The notes beneath the pieces were generated by a model, which was not told the DNA's origin, searched no databases, and saw only the letters and a list, made by a program, of their open reading frames with translations. The translations under genes were made by a program, and so were the position numbers. DNA of 64,000 nucleotides, from contig NC_042998.1 in NCBI RefSeq assembly GCF_006345805.1, forward strand, positions 129,766,001 to 129,830,000, read 5' to 3'. The DNA comes from Octopus sinensis (lineage: Eukaryota). This document shows positions 27,307 through 39,982 of this stretch, in pieces (the first letter of the stretch is position 1; every line of letters starts with the position of its first letter).

Positions 27307-28584
27307 TGTGTGCGTGTAGATAGATAAATAGATAGATTGATAGATGTATTTATGTGTGCGTCTGCATGAAGTAAATACATGTATTCAATCATATAAGCAT
27401 TCTTGTAGTTGCATTCACGTTAACACACGAACATGCCGATTTAATTCATTCCACAATTATTACATATTCATTTAAATACAATAAAGTATAAATGTGAATT
27501 ATGATTAGAAATAGGCGTTCCTTAAATGCCCTGCCCATTATATATACATATTAATTTATTTCTCTGACGATATCGCGGTGTTTCTGCTTATCAGTGAGTG
27601 TTTAAGAATACGTATTTTGAAATATAATGTAATATGTGCGTTTGTACGTGTATATTTCTGTGTGTGTGTGTATATCTGTCTGTTTGTGTGTGTGTGTGTG
27701 TGTGTGTGCATGCGTGTGTGTGTGTATGTACTTTCGTGTGAGTGCATTCATATGTGCGTGTAGTCAAAGCGACTAACTGGGAAAATGAAGCAATCGATAG
27801 AATGAAAGGTTAAACGAAGGAGGATTCAATATTTGTAGCTCGGACGCTAATATAACGCATATATTAAATCAATTTATTGGATCAATACAACTGATTTAAC
27901 CCCTCCCCAAAAATTGATGGCATCGTGCCAAAATTTGAAATCATATTATTATCATAATTACACACTTAGTAATGTGCACAGTCCGAAATATCCGAGATGC
28001 AGAGACGATGCTGGTTTTCTATTCATTTAAATAACTTAAATATGTAATACAGTATTGAATTTACTTATCTCAACTCTATAGGAGAAACTCAGGTTTTGTT
28101 TCAATCTTATTAGTCCTTTGACACGAAAGCGATGCCTAACACTTAAAGCAAATCATAGTAGTTCTGTGAATAGTGTGTAGGTTAGTAGTAATTGTTTCTA
28201 GTTTGTGCACAGTGCCAGGGATTTTGTAGGTAAAGGGTTAGTCTAATATTATACTTCCGTTGTTAACAGCTGATTATTGTATCGCCTCCGAAGAAATGAA
28301 AGATTAAGTTCACTTCGGGGAGATCTAAATTCAGATAATAGAGAAAAAAAAATCTTTACAAGGCATTTCATTCGATACTTTAAACATTTTGCCAATCCAA
28401 TGTTCTTTAATATTGCCTCCAATTTAGGCAAAATGTTTTATATGGAAGGGGCAGGGGTTAGTTGAGTGAATCACCGGCTCTAGTATTTGGCTGCTACTTT
28501 ATTTTATCCACCTCAAAGAGATGAAAGGCAGAGATATGAACTCTCATAATCAGAGGAAATAAAGCAATGCATGTTAACCGATGT

Positions 28585-28639
28585 TAATAATAATGCTGCT
28601 GCTGCTGCTGATGATGATGATGATAATAATAATAATAAT

Positions 28640-28677
<38 letters not shown>

Positions 28678-28730
28678 TAATAATAATAATAATAATAATA
28701 ATGATGAAGATAATAATAATAATAATAATA

Positions 28731-28779
<49 letters not shown>

Positions 28780-28791
28780 GTAATGATAATG

Positions 28792-28842
<51 letters not shown>

Positions 28843-28845
28843 TAT
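28585..28845. repeat. (AAT)n microsatellite
   Basis: Direct reading. Confidence 0.95.
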
Positions 28846-29200
28846 GAATGACAATCGACATAACGTCTCCCGGTGACAACAGGATCAAAGGCAAAGAAGT
28901 AGAAAATCTGAAAAACCACGACGATTTGCAGTGGGAAACACGATGGTTGTGGTCAATGAGGACAGTAGACGTGATACCAATACTAATTAGCGCACTTGGA
29001 AGTATCAGCACTCAACTACTAGCATAGCTCAAAAAGATTGGTACAAACGTAAAGGTAGAACACCTACGGAAATCAGCATTGCTTGGAACTGCAAGAACTC
29101 TTCGCAGGTTTCTTGAAGCATGACGTGTAAACAAGGGTCAAACTGTGGGCAGCTGACAATTTCCATCATACTCAGCAAAATAAGCTGAGTTTTTAATCAA
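28846..29200 (+). mobile_element. R4/Dong-like LINE, short 3' fragment between (AAT)n tracts
   Basis: DDLQWETRWLWSMRTVDVIPILISALGSIS..EHLRKSALLGTARTLRRFLEA. Confidence 0.85.
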
Positions 29201-29275
29201 ATGATGATGATGATGATGATAATAATAATAATAATAATGATAATAATAATAATAATAATGATAATAATAATAATG

Positions 29276-29338
<63 letters not shown>

Positions 29339-29840
29339 TGGAAGTGTTATCATGTACATTGTTTTGTCTTGGTATAAAATATGGGCTACAGCAAATATTC
29401 TGCTCAATACCACAGATTTGCTTGTCAGTTGTTTGACCTTAACCAGTTGAGCATGTTCCTTAGTGGCTGACGATATGTGCATCCCTGATCACGAGCAGAA
29501 GTAGTGGGGGAGCATCATAGCCATGTGTTGAGAGGGATTCTTTGGGGTTTGAATAATTCACCTCCGGAAACATGGGTGGTTCTTTCAACATCCTTAAACA
29601 ACCCTTATTCAGGGACCTTTTGAGTGGGATGGGCTACTCAACCTGAAGAAAATTCTAACTGGGCCCCACCTGCAAGGTCATGTGCTGTTTATCTTGATAT
29701 GAGATCACCATGTCGCACACATATGGTTGTGATGCATGTGCCTGGTGTACCCTTATCAGACGGGTAGTCATGATGGGTATATTGGGCTTCGTATATTTTA
29801 CCCCAGTGTCACTTTGATGGCATGCACTACTCTCTCACTC
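29339..29840 (+). mobile_element. Non-coding TAA-flanked interspersed element (~560 bp full length), 5'-truncated copy
   Basis: Highly similar to minus-strand copies at 39979-40453 and 40498-41055; ends CTCTCTCACTC(AAT)n. Confidence 0.85.
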
Positions 29841-29859
29841 AATAATAATAATAACGATT

Positions 29860-32200
29860 AATGATAAATCTAGTGATGGTGTCACAATAAAAACACTGGT
29901 AATTGCGCAACCTGATAATCACTACATTATATGAGTGACAATGAATAAACAAAATATTGTGAATAACGGTGGTAATGAAACTGAAGCCATTGATGGTGAC
30001 AGAGTTACACCCGGCGGGCTTAGAGATTCTGGTCCGGCTCCAGCCTGTCGATATCAAGAAAGGGATCACCTCACACGGGGTAGATGGAGCAAGCAAATTA
30101 ATGTTGTGGTCATGGAGTGTTACTAACTGAGCAACCCGGTACATGAAAATGGTGCTCAAATTAGTGGGTACGACAACGTATGTATGATCATTGGAGAAAA
30201 AAGGGATTGTTTCAACTCACAGAAGAGAGAGTATGTGATCAAACCAGAGCAATAAGAAAAAATTGTTGGTACACAGAATTAGAGCTCGAAGCAATCAAAA
30301 GACGGGTCTTGGAAAGCAGCAGCAAGGATAACAATGGAAATACAGTTCTTACTAATAAAAGTAATCTCATAGCACAGGAAAGGAACAGTGGTAGTTCACT
30401 TGATGAGAGACATGTAGAAGATCTAAAAGAAGACAAAAAAACTAATGGCGACATGACATGAACAAAGGGCAATCTACGACAGAATACAGGCAAGACTACA
30501 AGAGAATGATAGTGACATTATTTGCAAACTTAAAATGGCTGACCGGTGGAATCTGAACCAAGAAACGAATGTGAATGACATTCTGAAATACATCAGAACA
30601 AACAACATCACATAAACAAATAACTTGATCAAGACAGCAAGTATTGTTGTAGCAGAAAATGTGGGTGTTGATGTCGGGAAAAAGAAATACAATGGAAGTA
30701 ACAAAAGAAAATACCCATGGTGGAAAAGAACAATACAGGCAGGGTTAGATATGCTCTCGAAGGAAATTTCTGTGTTAGACCGAAAAGAGAAAAGGGAGCT
30801 TAAAAGCGAACAAAAATACAGGGCACTAAACGGAAGTATAATATTGAAAGAAAAGGCCCGAATGTGGTAATATAGGAACTGAAGCAGCGCCTCGTTGGAA
30901 ACAAAGCAAAAACGGTAAGATACGACCAACGAATGAAAGGTTACCCCAGAAAAGATTATTCAGTGTAGATCAGAAGAGATTCTATAAAGAAATAAGTGGA
31001 AAGTGTACAGATGAAAAGTTGATACCAGATAACAATGAAAGGTTTTGAAGTGTCATCTGAAGAGCAAAGACAAGGAGTACAAGAAGGATGCTCAATGGTT
31101 GCAAGAACTGAAACAAACAGTAGTCTGTCTAAAACAGGCGTAACTAGACATTTCAGTTAGATAAGTGAAGGAAAGCAGCAAACAGATGAGCAACTGGAAT
31201 GTCCCGGGACCAAATGGAGTTCAAGGCTACTGGATCAAAAGATTTGGTGAATGTCATGCATGAATAGCCGCGAAATTCAGCACCTTGTTAAATGCCGACC
31301 AAGTAATAACAGAGTTGTTGACATTGGGTAGGACAGTGCTTTGCTTGAAAAACATCGAAAAAGGCAATACGGTAGAAAATTACAGGCCGATATCCTGTTT
31401 ACCACTTATGTGGAAATTATTGACTGGAATACTCGCAGAGTCAATGTATGCTCATATGGAAAAAATAGAGACCTGCCACATGAGCAGAAGGGTTGCAAGC
31501 GTAAGTGCAGATGGGCCAAGGATCAATTCCTGTACAAAACTGTACTTAGAGAATGCAAGAGGAGGAAAACTAACTTAGCCATGTCATGGATCGACTATCG
31601 TAAGGCGTACGATCGCCAATTGCTAGTGCTTGTGAAATTCTTGCACAGAAAGAGTACAAGCGTAGACACGACAAGGTAGCCAACAACATTCACTGGCTAC
31701 TGTGCCTGATGTATGGATATAAGGTAACGTGTGCTTGGTTCCAATAGACACCGGAAAATATAATGGACGGAAATAGGAAGGTAAAGATTCTCAGTGACAT
31801 AAACTTCCAGAGAGACAATGAATTACAGCACCAAAGACTGGCTGTTGTAGCCTTTAGGGGGAGAAGCAAGAATGTCTAATAATCAACATGGTAGTGCCAA
31901 GGGATCAACATATCATAAAAGAAAGAGAAAAGGTCGACCAATATGGTGAGCCGAAAATAAAAAAACGCCAAGATGTGACAGCTGCACGAGTCAAACATAA
32001 AGGTTGTTCCTGTTGTCATCATATATATTGGGCTAAATGCCACCCAACCTTAAGAAATATCGGAACTCTGTGAACAACATACGACATTTGTGTGTTGCAA
32101 AAATCCGCTTTACTTGGAACTGCTCGCATACTGCGGAAAGTATTGTTTATCCTTATTACGACTTGACAGACAGTACAAATACCCAGTAGACATAATACCT
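29860..32200 (+). mobile_element. R4/Dong-like LINE, 5'-complete but internally deleted and decayed
   Basis: N-terminal RWSKQINVVVMECY..CDQTRAIRKN..ELELEAIKRRV; [20 protein letters not shown] and WIDYRKAYD fused directly to [18 protein letters not shown]; RLE; ends LQKSALLGTARILRKVL. Confidence 0.88.
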
Positions 32201-32809
32201 TTAATCTACAACATCACAGTACTGGATACTGTCCAATATCATGAATAACTTAATTACTGTAAGCAGGAGTTTCTTTATCAATGTCGATTGCTCATGATAT
32301 CATTACATCGATAATAAAGAAAACAAAAATATTGTAAAATATACAGACTTCAGAACACATATCAATTGATCATGGAATATGAAAGCCAGAATGATTGGAA
32401 AACCTGAGTCGGCAACGAAAAACCTCCAAAAGCACCCTAAAACAATTGGAATTTAGATGGCAGTTCACCCGCAAGGAGCTCATCTGCCCCTCGACAGGTA
32501 TTCTATTTAGTACTACTGGGTGTCAAAAGCCAATTTAGTCGCCAACTACTCAACCATGGCAGAAGAGTGGAGAGTAGTAGTTCAAGAGGCAGGAAAATAA
32601 CGCCAAAGATGGAGAGTATCACAAGCTAGCTTGACAAAAGTGGCAAACCAGCTGCAGAACTCAAGTTTAATAATAGTTTCAAATTTTGGCCAGCAATTTC
32701 GAAGGAGAGGGTAAGTCGATTACCTCGAGCCCAATCTTCAACTGGTATCTACTTTACGATTCCGAAAGGAGGAATAACAAAGTCGCCTTATTCGTGCTAA
32801 ATAAGACAC

Positions 32810-33022
32810 ACACATACATACATACATACATACATACATACATACATACATACATACATACATACATACATGCATGCATACATACATACATACATACATA
32901 CATACATACATACATACATACATGCATGCATACATACATACATACATATATATGCATATATATGTATGTAAATATATATATATATATATATACATGTGTA
33001 CGTATATATGTACATATATATT

Positions 33023-33096
<74 letters not shown>

Positions 33097-33149
33097 CTGT
33101 GTGCGTATACATATATAAATATACTATATAAAGTTGAAACAATTTAAAG

Positions 33150-33200
<51 letters not shown>
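32810..33200. repeat. (TACA)n/(TA)n microsatellite
   Basis: Direct reading. Confidence 0.95.
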
Positions 33201-33204
<4 letters not shown>

Positions 33205-33392
33205 CTCATACACATATATTTATGTACATACATATATATGCAGACATATTCATGTTTATATATGAATCTATTACCAATTCATCATTCGATTACACATAGA
33301 TTGCATATACACACACAGAAATTTTTTTAATTTTTTATTTTTATCTAGTTTCAGCTCACAAGCTGTGGCCATGCTGGGGCACCGCCATTTAT

Positions 33393-33701
33393 ATCACGTG
33401 ATCACGTGACCGACCAGACCATCAGATATAGTTACACATCGCTGGTCACAATGTGTTCGCATTGTTTTAGCCTTCGAATGACGCCACCTCGCTGGATAAG
33501 CGAGCAGACCAACAGAAGAAAGAGTGGGAGAAAGAGTGGTGAAAGAGTACAGCAGTGATCACCCCCTCCCCTGCCGGAGCGTTGTGAAGCTTTTAGGTGT
33601 TTTCGCTCAATAAACACTCACAACGCCCGGTCAGGGAATCGAAACCGCGATCCTGCGATCGCGAGTCCGCTGCCCTAACCACTGGGCCATTGGGCCTCCA
33701 C
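33393..33701 (-). mobile_element. SINE family C, full length
   Basis: GTGGAGGCCCAATGGCCCAGTGG head on the minus strand; TCACGTGA tail. Confidence 0.9.
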
Positions 33702-36288
33702 AGTCCGCTGCCGGTTGTCACGTCTTTCGGCGTGAATTATTGAATTTTGAGACTCGACTACAGGTAGGCATTTGTTGAATTTTTTAGGGGCTTAGTGAAG
33801 TTTATTGCTTTGCATTTAATATTTTTTAGCAAGTAATAGACTCCACTTTGCTCCGGACATTTTTCCTGCCTGTGGTCGAGCGTAACGACTCACTTTGCAG
33901 TGAGAATTGTGTTTTTTGAGGAGGCGTAGCCCCTCCTCAAAAATTAAAAAATTAATTGCCTCGTCTGGAAATTACCAGGGATAACCAGGAACTGTGTTTT
34001 GGGGATTTACCAGGAAGCACTAAAGATAACCAACGACTAATTGAACGTTTGGCCAGGAGTACCTTTTTTTGGCCGAAGAAAAAAAAACAAAAAAAAAAAT
34101 TTCTTTATCTGGATTTGAACTCTTCTAACTTTCGTTTATTTAAAAAAAAAAAAAAAACTTTTTTTGAACTGCTATTTCTATTTTCATTTCGTCCCTTCTG
34201 TTGTGTTTTTCATTCTCCTTTTTGTGTCTTATTTTATTACATTTTGAACTGTTATTGAACTTTACGTTAAAATGGCAAAGGAATTTACTGTGTGGGAGTT
34301 GACACCTCCCAAAAAATATTTGAAAGAGCTGGAGAAGAAGACCGTGGTGTTGAGGACTTATTCGAAGTCACTCGACACCATAGCCGTCTTCCCGAAGGCC
34401 ACCATACTGAACGAGCTGGCGGATTACTTGCCAGCCGTTAAATTTATCGCACGGGGAGTGAAATACGCAACGGTTTGATTGCTATTTGACTCCCCCAAAG
34501 AAGCTTGCGATTTTGCAAGCCAGCCCATTGAGGGCAAAGAAATATTGTTTCTCCCAAATTACAAGAGAGAAAAATTGTTGAGAGCCTGGATCTGCGGCTT
34601 ACCACCCGGCGTTGAACCCGAGTGGATAGAGGATTCTATCCGCCGGGGCCTGGATGGTAGCAGTTCCAAGCTGCTGAATGTAAAAGTGTTGCCTGCGGCT
34701 GATTGGGAGGAATCAAAAGCTGTTTTGACCCTATGGACCCAATCAGCCAAAAGTCTGGTTTTTCCTGACTTTTTGAGGATGGCCGTGTCCAGGTATCCGG
34801 TGATGCATGAGGGACGCCCCCCCCCAAGTGTCACCTCTGCCTGGAGACCGGCCACATTAAGAAGATCTGCCCCAGGGACCAAAGTAGGATCCTGGAGCAG
34901 TTGACGTTGGAACCTCTCCCTGCCCCCTCCCAATGGAGGGAGAGGAACAGAACGAGGAAGCAGTAACTTCCACAACGAGAAAAAGAAAAGTGGGAAACAA
35001 TGGTGACCCACCAAAAGACCCGGAAGCTGCGGGAGAAAAAGAGGACCCGGTGTGTGCAACACCGGAACCTCAACCTCCCGTGGCCCAAGGAAAGAAGAAA
35101 AAAAGGGAGAAGAGACACGGGACGCCGCCGGCGGATTGTGACACGCAGACGGCCTCTCCCAAGTATCATCAGGCGGGTGTGCCGCCGGAGGATCAATATG
35201 TTGTCTTCTTCCACAAAGGAGGAACACTGGAGAATGTGATAGGGAAAATAAAAGAGAAAGGACCATGGGAAGGAATTCGGTCCTACACGGAGCACCCTGA
35301 GAACAAAATAGGATCCCGGAACAGTTAAGTGAAACCCCTGTAGAAGAGGGAATGAAAACGGCCGAGGAAATGGAGGACTCCTCAAACAGAGGCCGAAAGA
35401 GGAAGGTGAGCAACAATGGGTGCTCACCAAAGGATACTAGGGATGAGGAGGGAAAGGCGAATCTTCCGGCCACGGAGGAGACGCACCCTCCCTCAGTTGA
35501 AAAGAAAAAAAAGGAAAAGAGGAAGAGAAACGGGACATTACCGGCAGTCGGTGACATAGTACCGGAATGTCCCGGAACTACGTCGGTTGGGGTTGTGCCA
35601 CCGACAGGAGAAGAAACGCCGTTGGCGGGAACTGTGCCGCCAACGAAAGAATTCAATATCCCGCACCTGAGTAAAAACGATGTATTGATCCTCTTCCATA
35701 GAGGCGGAGAGATTGAAAAGGTGATGGAAAAGCACCATAAGGGAGCACCTTTAGCCTTCACACAGGTCCCTGAATGGCCTCCGCAGGTAGCTGTGGAGGC
35801 CGTGGCGTTCGACGTGGCGCTTGGGCTGAAGGAGCTCAATGAGGATTATAGCTTGGTCCCGGGCGACGCTAACACTGAACTCGATTACATTCTGAGGGAG
35901 GCATGGTGGATGGCGGAGGGTGCGGACACAAGTTATTTTGAGGACGAGTCATAAATTGTGATACGACTTGAGGGGCCCAGACCTAGAGCTGGCGCATTCC
36001 TAAGGGAAGTGTAAGCCAGGTCTGGGAGGAGGGGCTTTGTGTATTGTATTTATATCATATGTAATTATTGAACTATGTTGTTGTTAGTAATGGACTGTTA
36101 AGTCCAAAAATTGAAAAGTTGTAAAAATTGTAAGAGGTTTAATACCTCGTTTTGTGTTTGTTTTTAAAAGAACAATGTTTTAGAGAAGCAGAAGTCGGCG
36201 GGCGCTTTTTGTCTTCTCCCATCCCCATCATCTTTCTTTCATTATCATTCATTTCATTAATGTCCTCGTCCAGCCCGCAAAGCTAACT
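33702..36288 (+). mobile_element. Tx1/L1-like element carrying only ORF1 (HAL1-like candidate)
   Basis: GC- and CpG-richer island: ~570-bp leader, gag-like ORF1, ~330-bp trailer; no endonuclease or RT motif before SINE B at 36328. Confidence 0.6.
34272..35954 (+). pseudogene. Gag-like ORF1 (about 560 codons if repaired) with a CCHC zinc knuckle; one in-frame stop and three frame changes
   Basis: MAKEF..ATV*LLFDSP..LRAWICGLPPGVEPEWI..PVMHEGRPP, then (after a C9 run) KCHLCLETGHIKKICP, then K/E/P-rich basic modules to the stop at 35954. TGA at 34476 could be a CpG-decayed CGA. Confidence 0.75.
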
Positions 36289-36327
36289 TACTCTATGTAC
36301 TGTCTTTATGGCAAATGTTATGAAATA

Positions 36328-36693
36328 AAGTAGTTTGCTAACCAACCACATGGTTCCGGGTTCAGTCCCACTGCGTGGCATCTTGGGTAAATGTCTTCTG
36401 CTATAGCCTCGGGCCGACCAATGCCTTGTAAGTGGATTTGGTAGACGGAAACTGAAAGAAGCCTGTCGTATATATGTATATATATATGTGTTTGTGTTTG
36501 TCCCCCTAGCATTGCTTGACAACCGATGCTGGTGTGTTTACGTCCCCGTCACTTAGCAGTTCGGCACAAGAGACCGATAGAATAAGTACTGGGCTTACAA
36601 AGCATAAGTCCCGGGGTCGATTTGATCGACTAAAGGCGGTGCTCAAGCATGGCCGCAGTCAAATGACTGAAACAAGTAAAAGAGTAAAGAGTA
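36328..36693 (+). mobile_element. SINE family B, near full length
   Basis: High similarity to 5029-5394. Confidence 0.9.
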
Positions 36694-36715
36694 TCATTGA
36701 ATAGTATTAAGAATT

Positions 36716-36850
36716 ACTCTTTTACTTATTTCAGTCATTTGACTGTGGCCATGCTGGAGCACCGCCTGTAGTCAAGCAATTTGACCCCAGGACTTATTCT
36801 TTGTAAGCCTAGTACTTATTTTATCGGTCTGTTTTGCCGAACCGCTAAGT
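36716..36850 (-). mobile_element. SINE family B 3' part, tail-to-tail with the preceding copy
   Basis: Reverse complement of 36551-36686. Confidence 0.85.
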
Positions 36851-37117
36851 ATATATATATATATATATATTACAAATATATATGCACATATATACGTGTA
36901 TACATGTATACATGTATATATATATATATATTTACATACAAAACACCAGTAGGCCAATGAATGGAATTATGTAACTTATGTGCCTTTGTGACATATATCT
37001 ACACACAGACACACACACACACTCATGTATGTTTACTAAGCATTTTTCAAGTTGGTGCCCTTGCATAGCAGCAGTCTGAAGACTAAAACAAGTGAAAGCA
37101 AAAGATGAATGTGCGTG

Positions 37118-37267
<150 letters not shown>

Positions 37268-37619
37268 CGTTCGTCTACGTGTGTGTGTGTGTGTGTGTAA
37301 ATATATGTCACAAAGGCACATAAGTTACATAATTCCATTCATTGGCCTACTGGTGTTTCCGAAATAAGGACATGAGCATCCAGCGGTGAATGGCAGTGTG
37401 ATATCTCATAGCATCATCTTCTTTCCCTCCAGCGGTCTGAATATCTGGCTCATTTCCTTATCATATGCGCCAGTAATGAACTGCTAACAGTTTTATCTTC
37501 TACATTTCTTTTCTTTAAGTTATGGCCCTGCACAAATTTCGAAAATACGACCAGTATATACTTTATTAAACTATTATTTACGGCAGACATATATCACTGT
37601 CCTCACCCATCACTCTTCT

Positions 37620-39420
37620 CATCCCCAACGATTAACGCAGTCATCAACACCTGACTAAATTCAACGCTGATTCAGCCTCGAATAATTTAACCAGTATTAC
37701 GTCGGCCATCACCAAAACTAGAAACTTTAAAAAAGCCAATGCATGCGCTGTTAACACTCCCACAACAAATACACTTTCACTACGATCAGATCTATAAATA
37801 TCACCACCACTCCCACCGTCAGTTCGCTCTCTGCGGCTCGACCATAACCACACATATAGCTTGCTCATCAACACGATTTTAACGGTACTTAACTCGACCC
37901 CCACAAATGTCACCACACTGACCACAGCTGTCAAAATCACCGGGAGCATGACAGCCATCATCATCGCATGCACCATCGTTTTTCCAGTTTTTTGTTGCCG
38001 CCTCCTATACTGGCGCTGCAACTAATGATTACAAAACATAATACTGCCACCACTTCCACCGTCGCTACCGTTAACGCCACCACTAATAGAAACCACCACG
38101 AAACTACCGTTTCCTGAACGACTAGTGCTATTACGACTTCCATCACAGGCAGCAAAGTACCATCACCACCGCCGCCACCACCAGCACCAGCACCAGCACC
38201 AGCACCACCGCCACCGCCACCACCACCACCACCACCACCACCACCACCACCACCACCACGAGTTCGACCTCCTCCTCCATCATCGTCAGTAACTCCGCCA
38301 CCATCTTTGCTTTAACTGTTACATTCATCATCACCATTACCGCCCCTGTCGTTAACTTTGCTGTTACCATCACCAACAACATCTCCGTTGCTAAAATATC
38401 ATAGACTCCCCCCCATCAGCACCACCACCAGCACCACTGACACCACATAAAGCACCACGACGACGACGACGATCACCACCACGACCACCGCAGCCACCAG
38501 CAACACCACCACCATCACCACGACCACCACCGACACCAACGCCACCACTCCCACCACCACCACCACTACCAAGCTTCAAACATATCCACATGACCTCTCG
38601 TCCGATATCCTTTGTCATTTTTCTTCTTTATTTATTAATTTATTTATTTCGTTCGACGATGTTATTTGCAGCGATTTCCTATATTCATGTTGTTGCCGTT
38701 GCTGTTGCTGCATGTCTTAGTGATGTTTTTCATTGCTTTTGTTATCAACTTCGTCAACTCTCGTTGACATTGTCCCCGGCAGTGTTGTTGTTATTGTTCT
38801 TACTATCTTGATATTCATTTCATTATTGTTGCTTTCATTTTGTTATAGCGGTTGCATTGACTATTAATCTTCTTCTTATCATCATCATTATTATCATTAT
38901 TATTATTATTGCTGTTGTTGTTGTTATTGTTGTTGTTGTTGTTGTTGTTTTTTCTTGTTCATTTCGTTGTTGTTCTACTCCTATGGTTACAGTTGACACA
39001 TCGAGCTGTCGTCTTTCGTGACTGAAATGATGACAATAATTGAACAATCAACTGTGATGTTGGGGATATGTCATTAAAACAACTCGGCTGGATATGGCAG
39101 GAGGTCGTTGACGGGAGAAGGTTAGAGGGGGTGGGATAGGATACGCATTGTGAATGTGGAAGTGGTGGTGGTGGTGGTAGTGTCGTTGGATACTACTGAC
39201 AGCAATGGCTGATGGTTTTTCTTCCTAAATTGACGATTGCAATGTCAGTATTTGTAGTATCATTAGCATTATTCTCAGTAGCAGAGATAGCAGTTATTGC
39301 TGTTGTTGTTATTGTTCCCTCTTCTTCTTCTTCTTCTTCTTCTTCTTCTTCTTCTTCTTCTTCTTCTTCTATTTTTTCCCCTTTTATTGCTAAGTCTGGA
39401 TATAAAACACTCCTTTTATT
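37620..39420. repeat. Decayed trinucleotide low-complexity field: (CAC/CAG)n, then (GTT/TTA/TTC)n
   Basis: Direct reading. Confidence 0.85.
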
Positions 39421-39920
39421 GTAATTTTTCATCATGCCGTTGAAACTTAACAAAAGGCCATGTACAGAAAATGCTTTCCTTATAATACGAGCGGGGCAAG
39501 TTGGAGATCTTGCATGTGCCTTGACGTCAACCCGTTCCTCTCCGCTACTACATAATTAGTTTTGAATTGCTAGTGCGTCGGATAAATGCTTTTGTGGCGT
39601 TTCTATTGGTTCTTTAGATTCTGAGTTCACATCCAGCAGAAGTCAAATTTTGCTTTTCAACCTTTCGGAGTTTATCTAAAAAGTACCTGTTAAATACTGA
39701 GGTCAATATAATCAACTTATCCCTACCCCTTGATATTGCCCGCTTGGTGGCTATCTGGACAAAATGCTCAGGTGCATTTCAACCGTATTTATATTCTGAT
39801 TTCAAATTCCGCAGCGGCTGATTTTGCGTTTTGGTATTTCGGGTCGATAAAATAGGTATCGATGTAATAGACTGACTGCCTACCTTCAAAATGCAGGTAC
39901 CACGTGCCTATAGTAGAAGG

Positions 39921-39978
<58 letters not shown>

Positions 39979-39982
<4 letters not shown>

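Noticed and set aside
34559-35839. 426-aa antisense ORF, the longest in the track
   Set aside because: It overlaps ORF1, has no recognisable motif and is rich in S/F/P/L. The T-poor, purine-rich plus strand makes minus-strand stops rare, so a long open frame is expected by chance.
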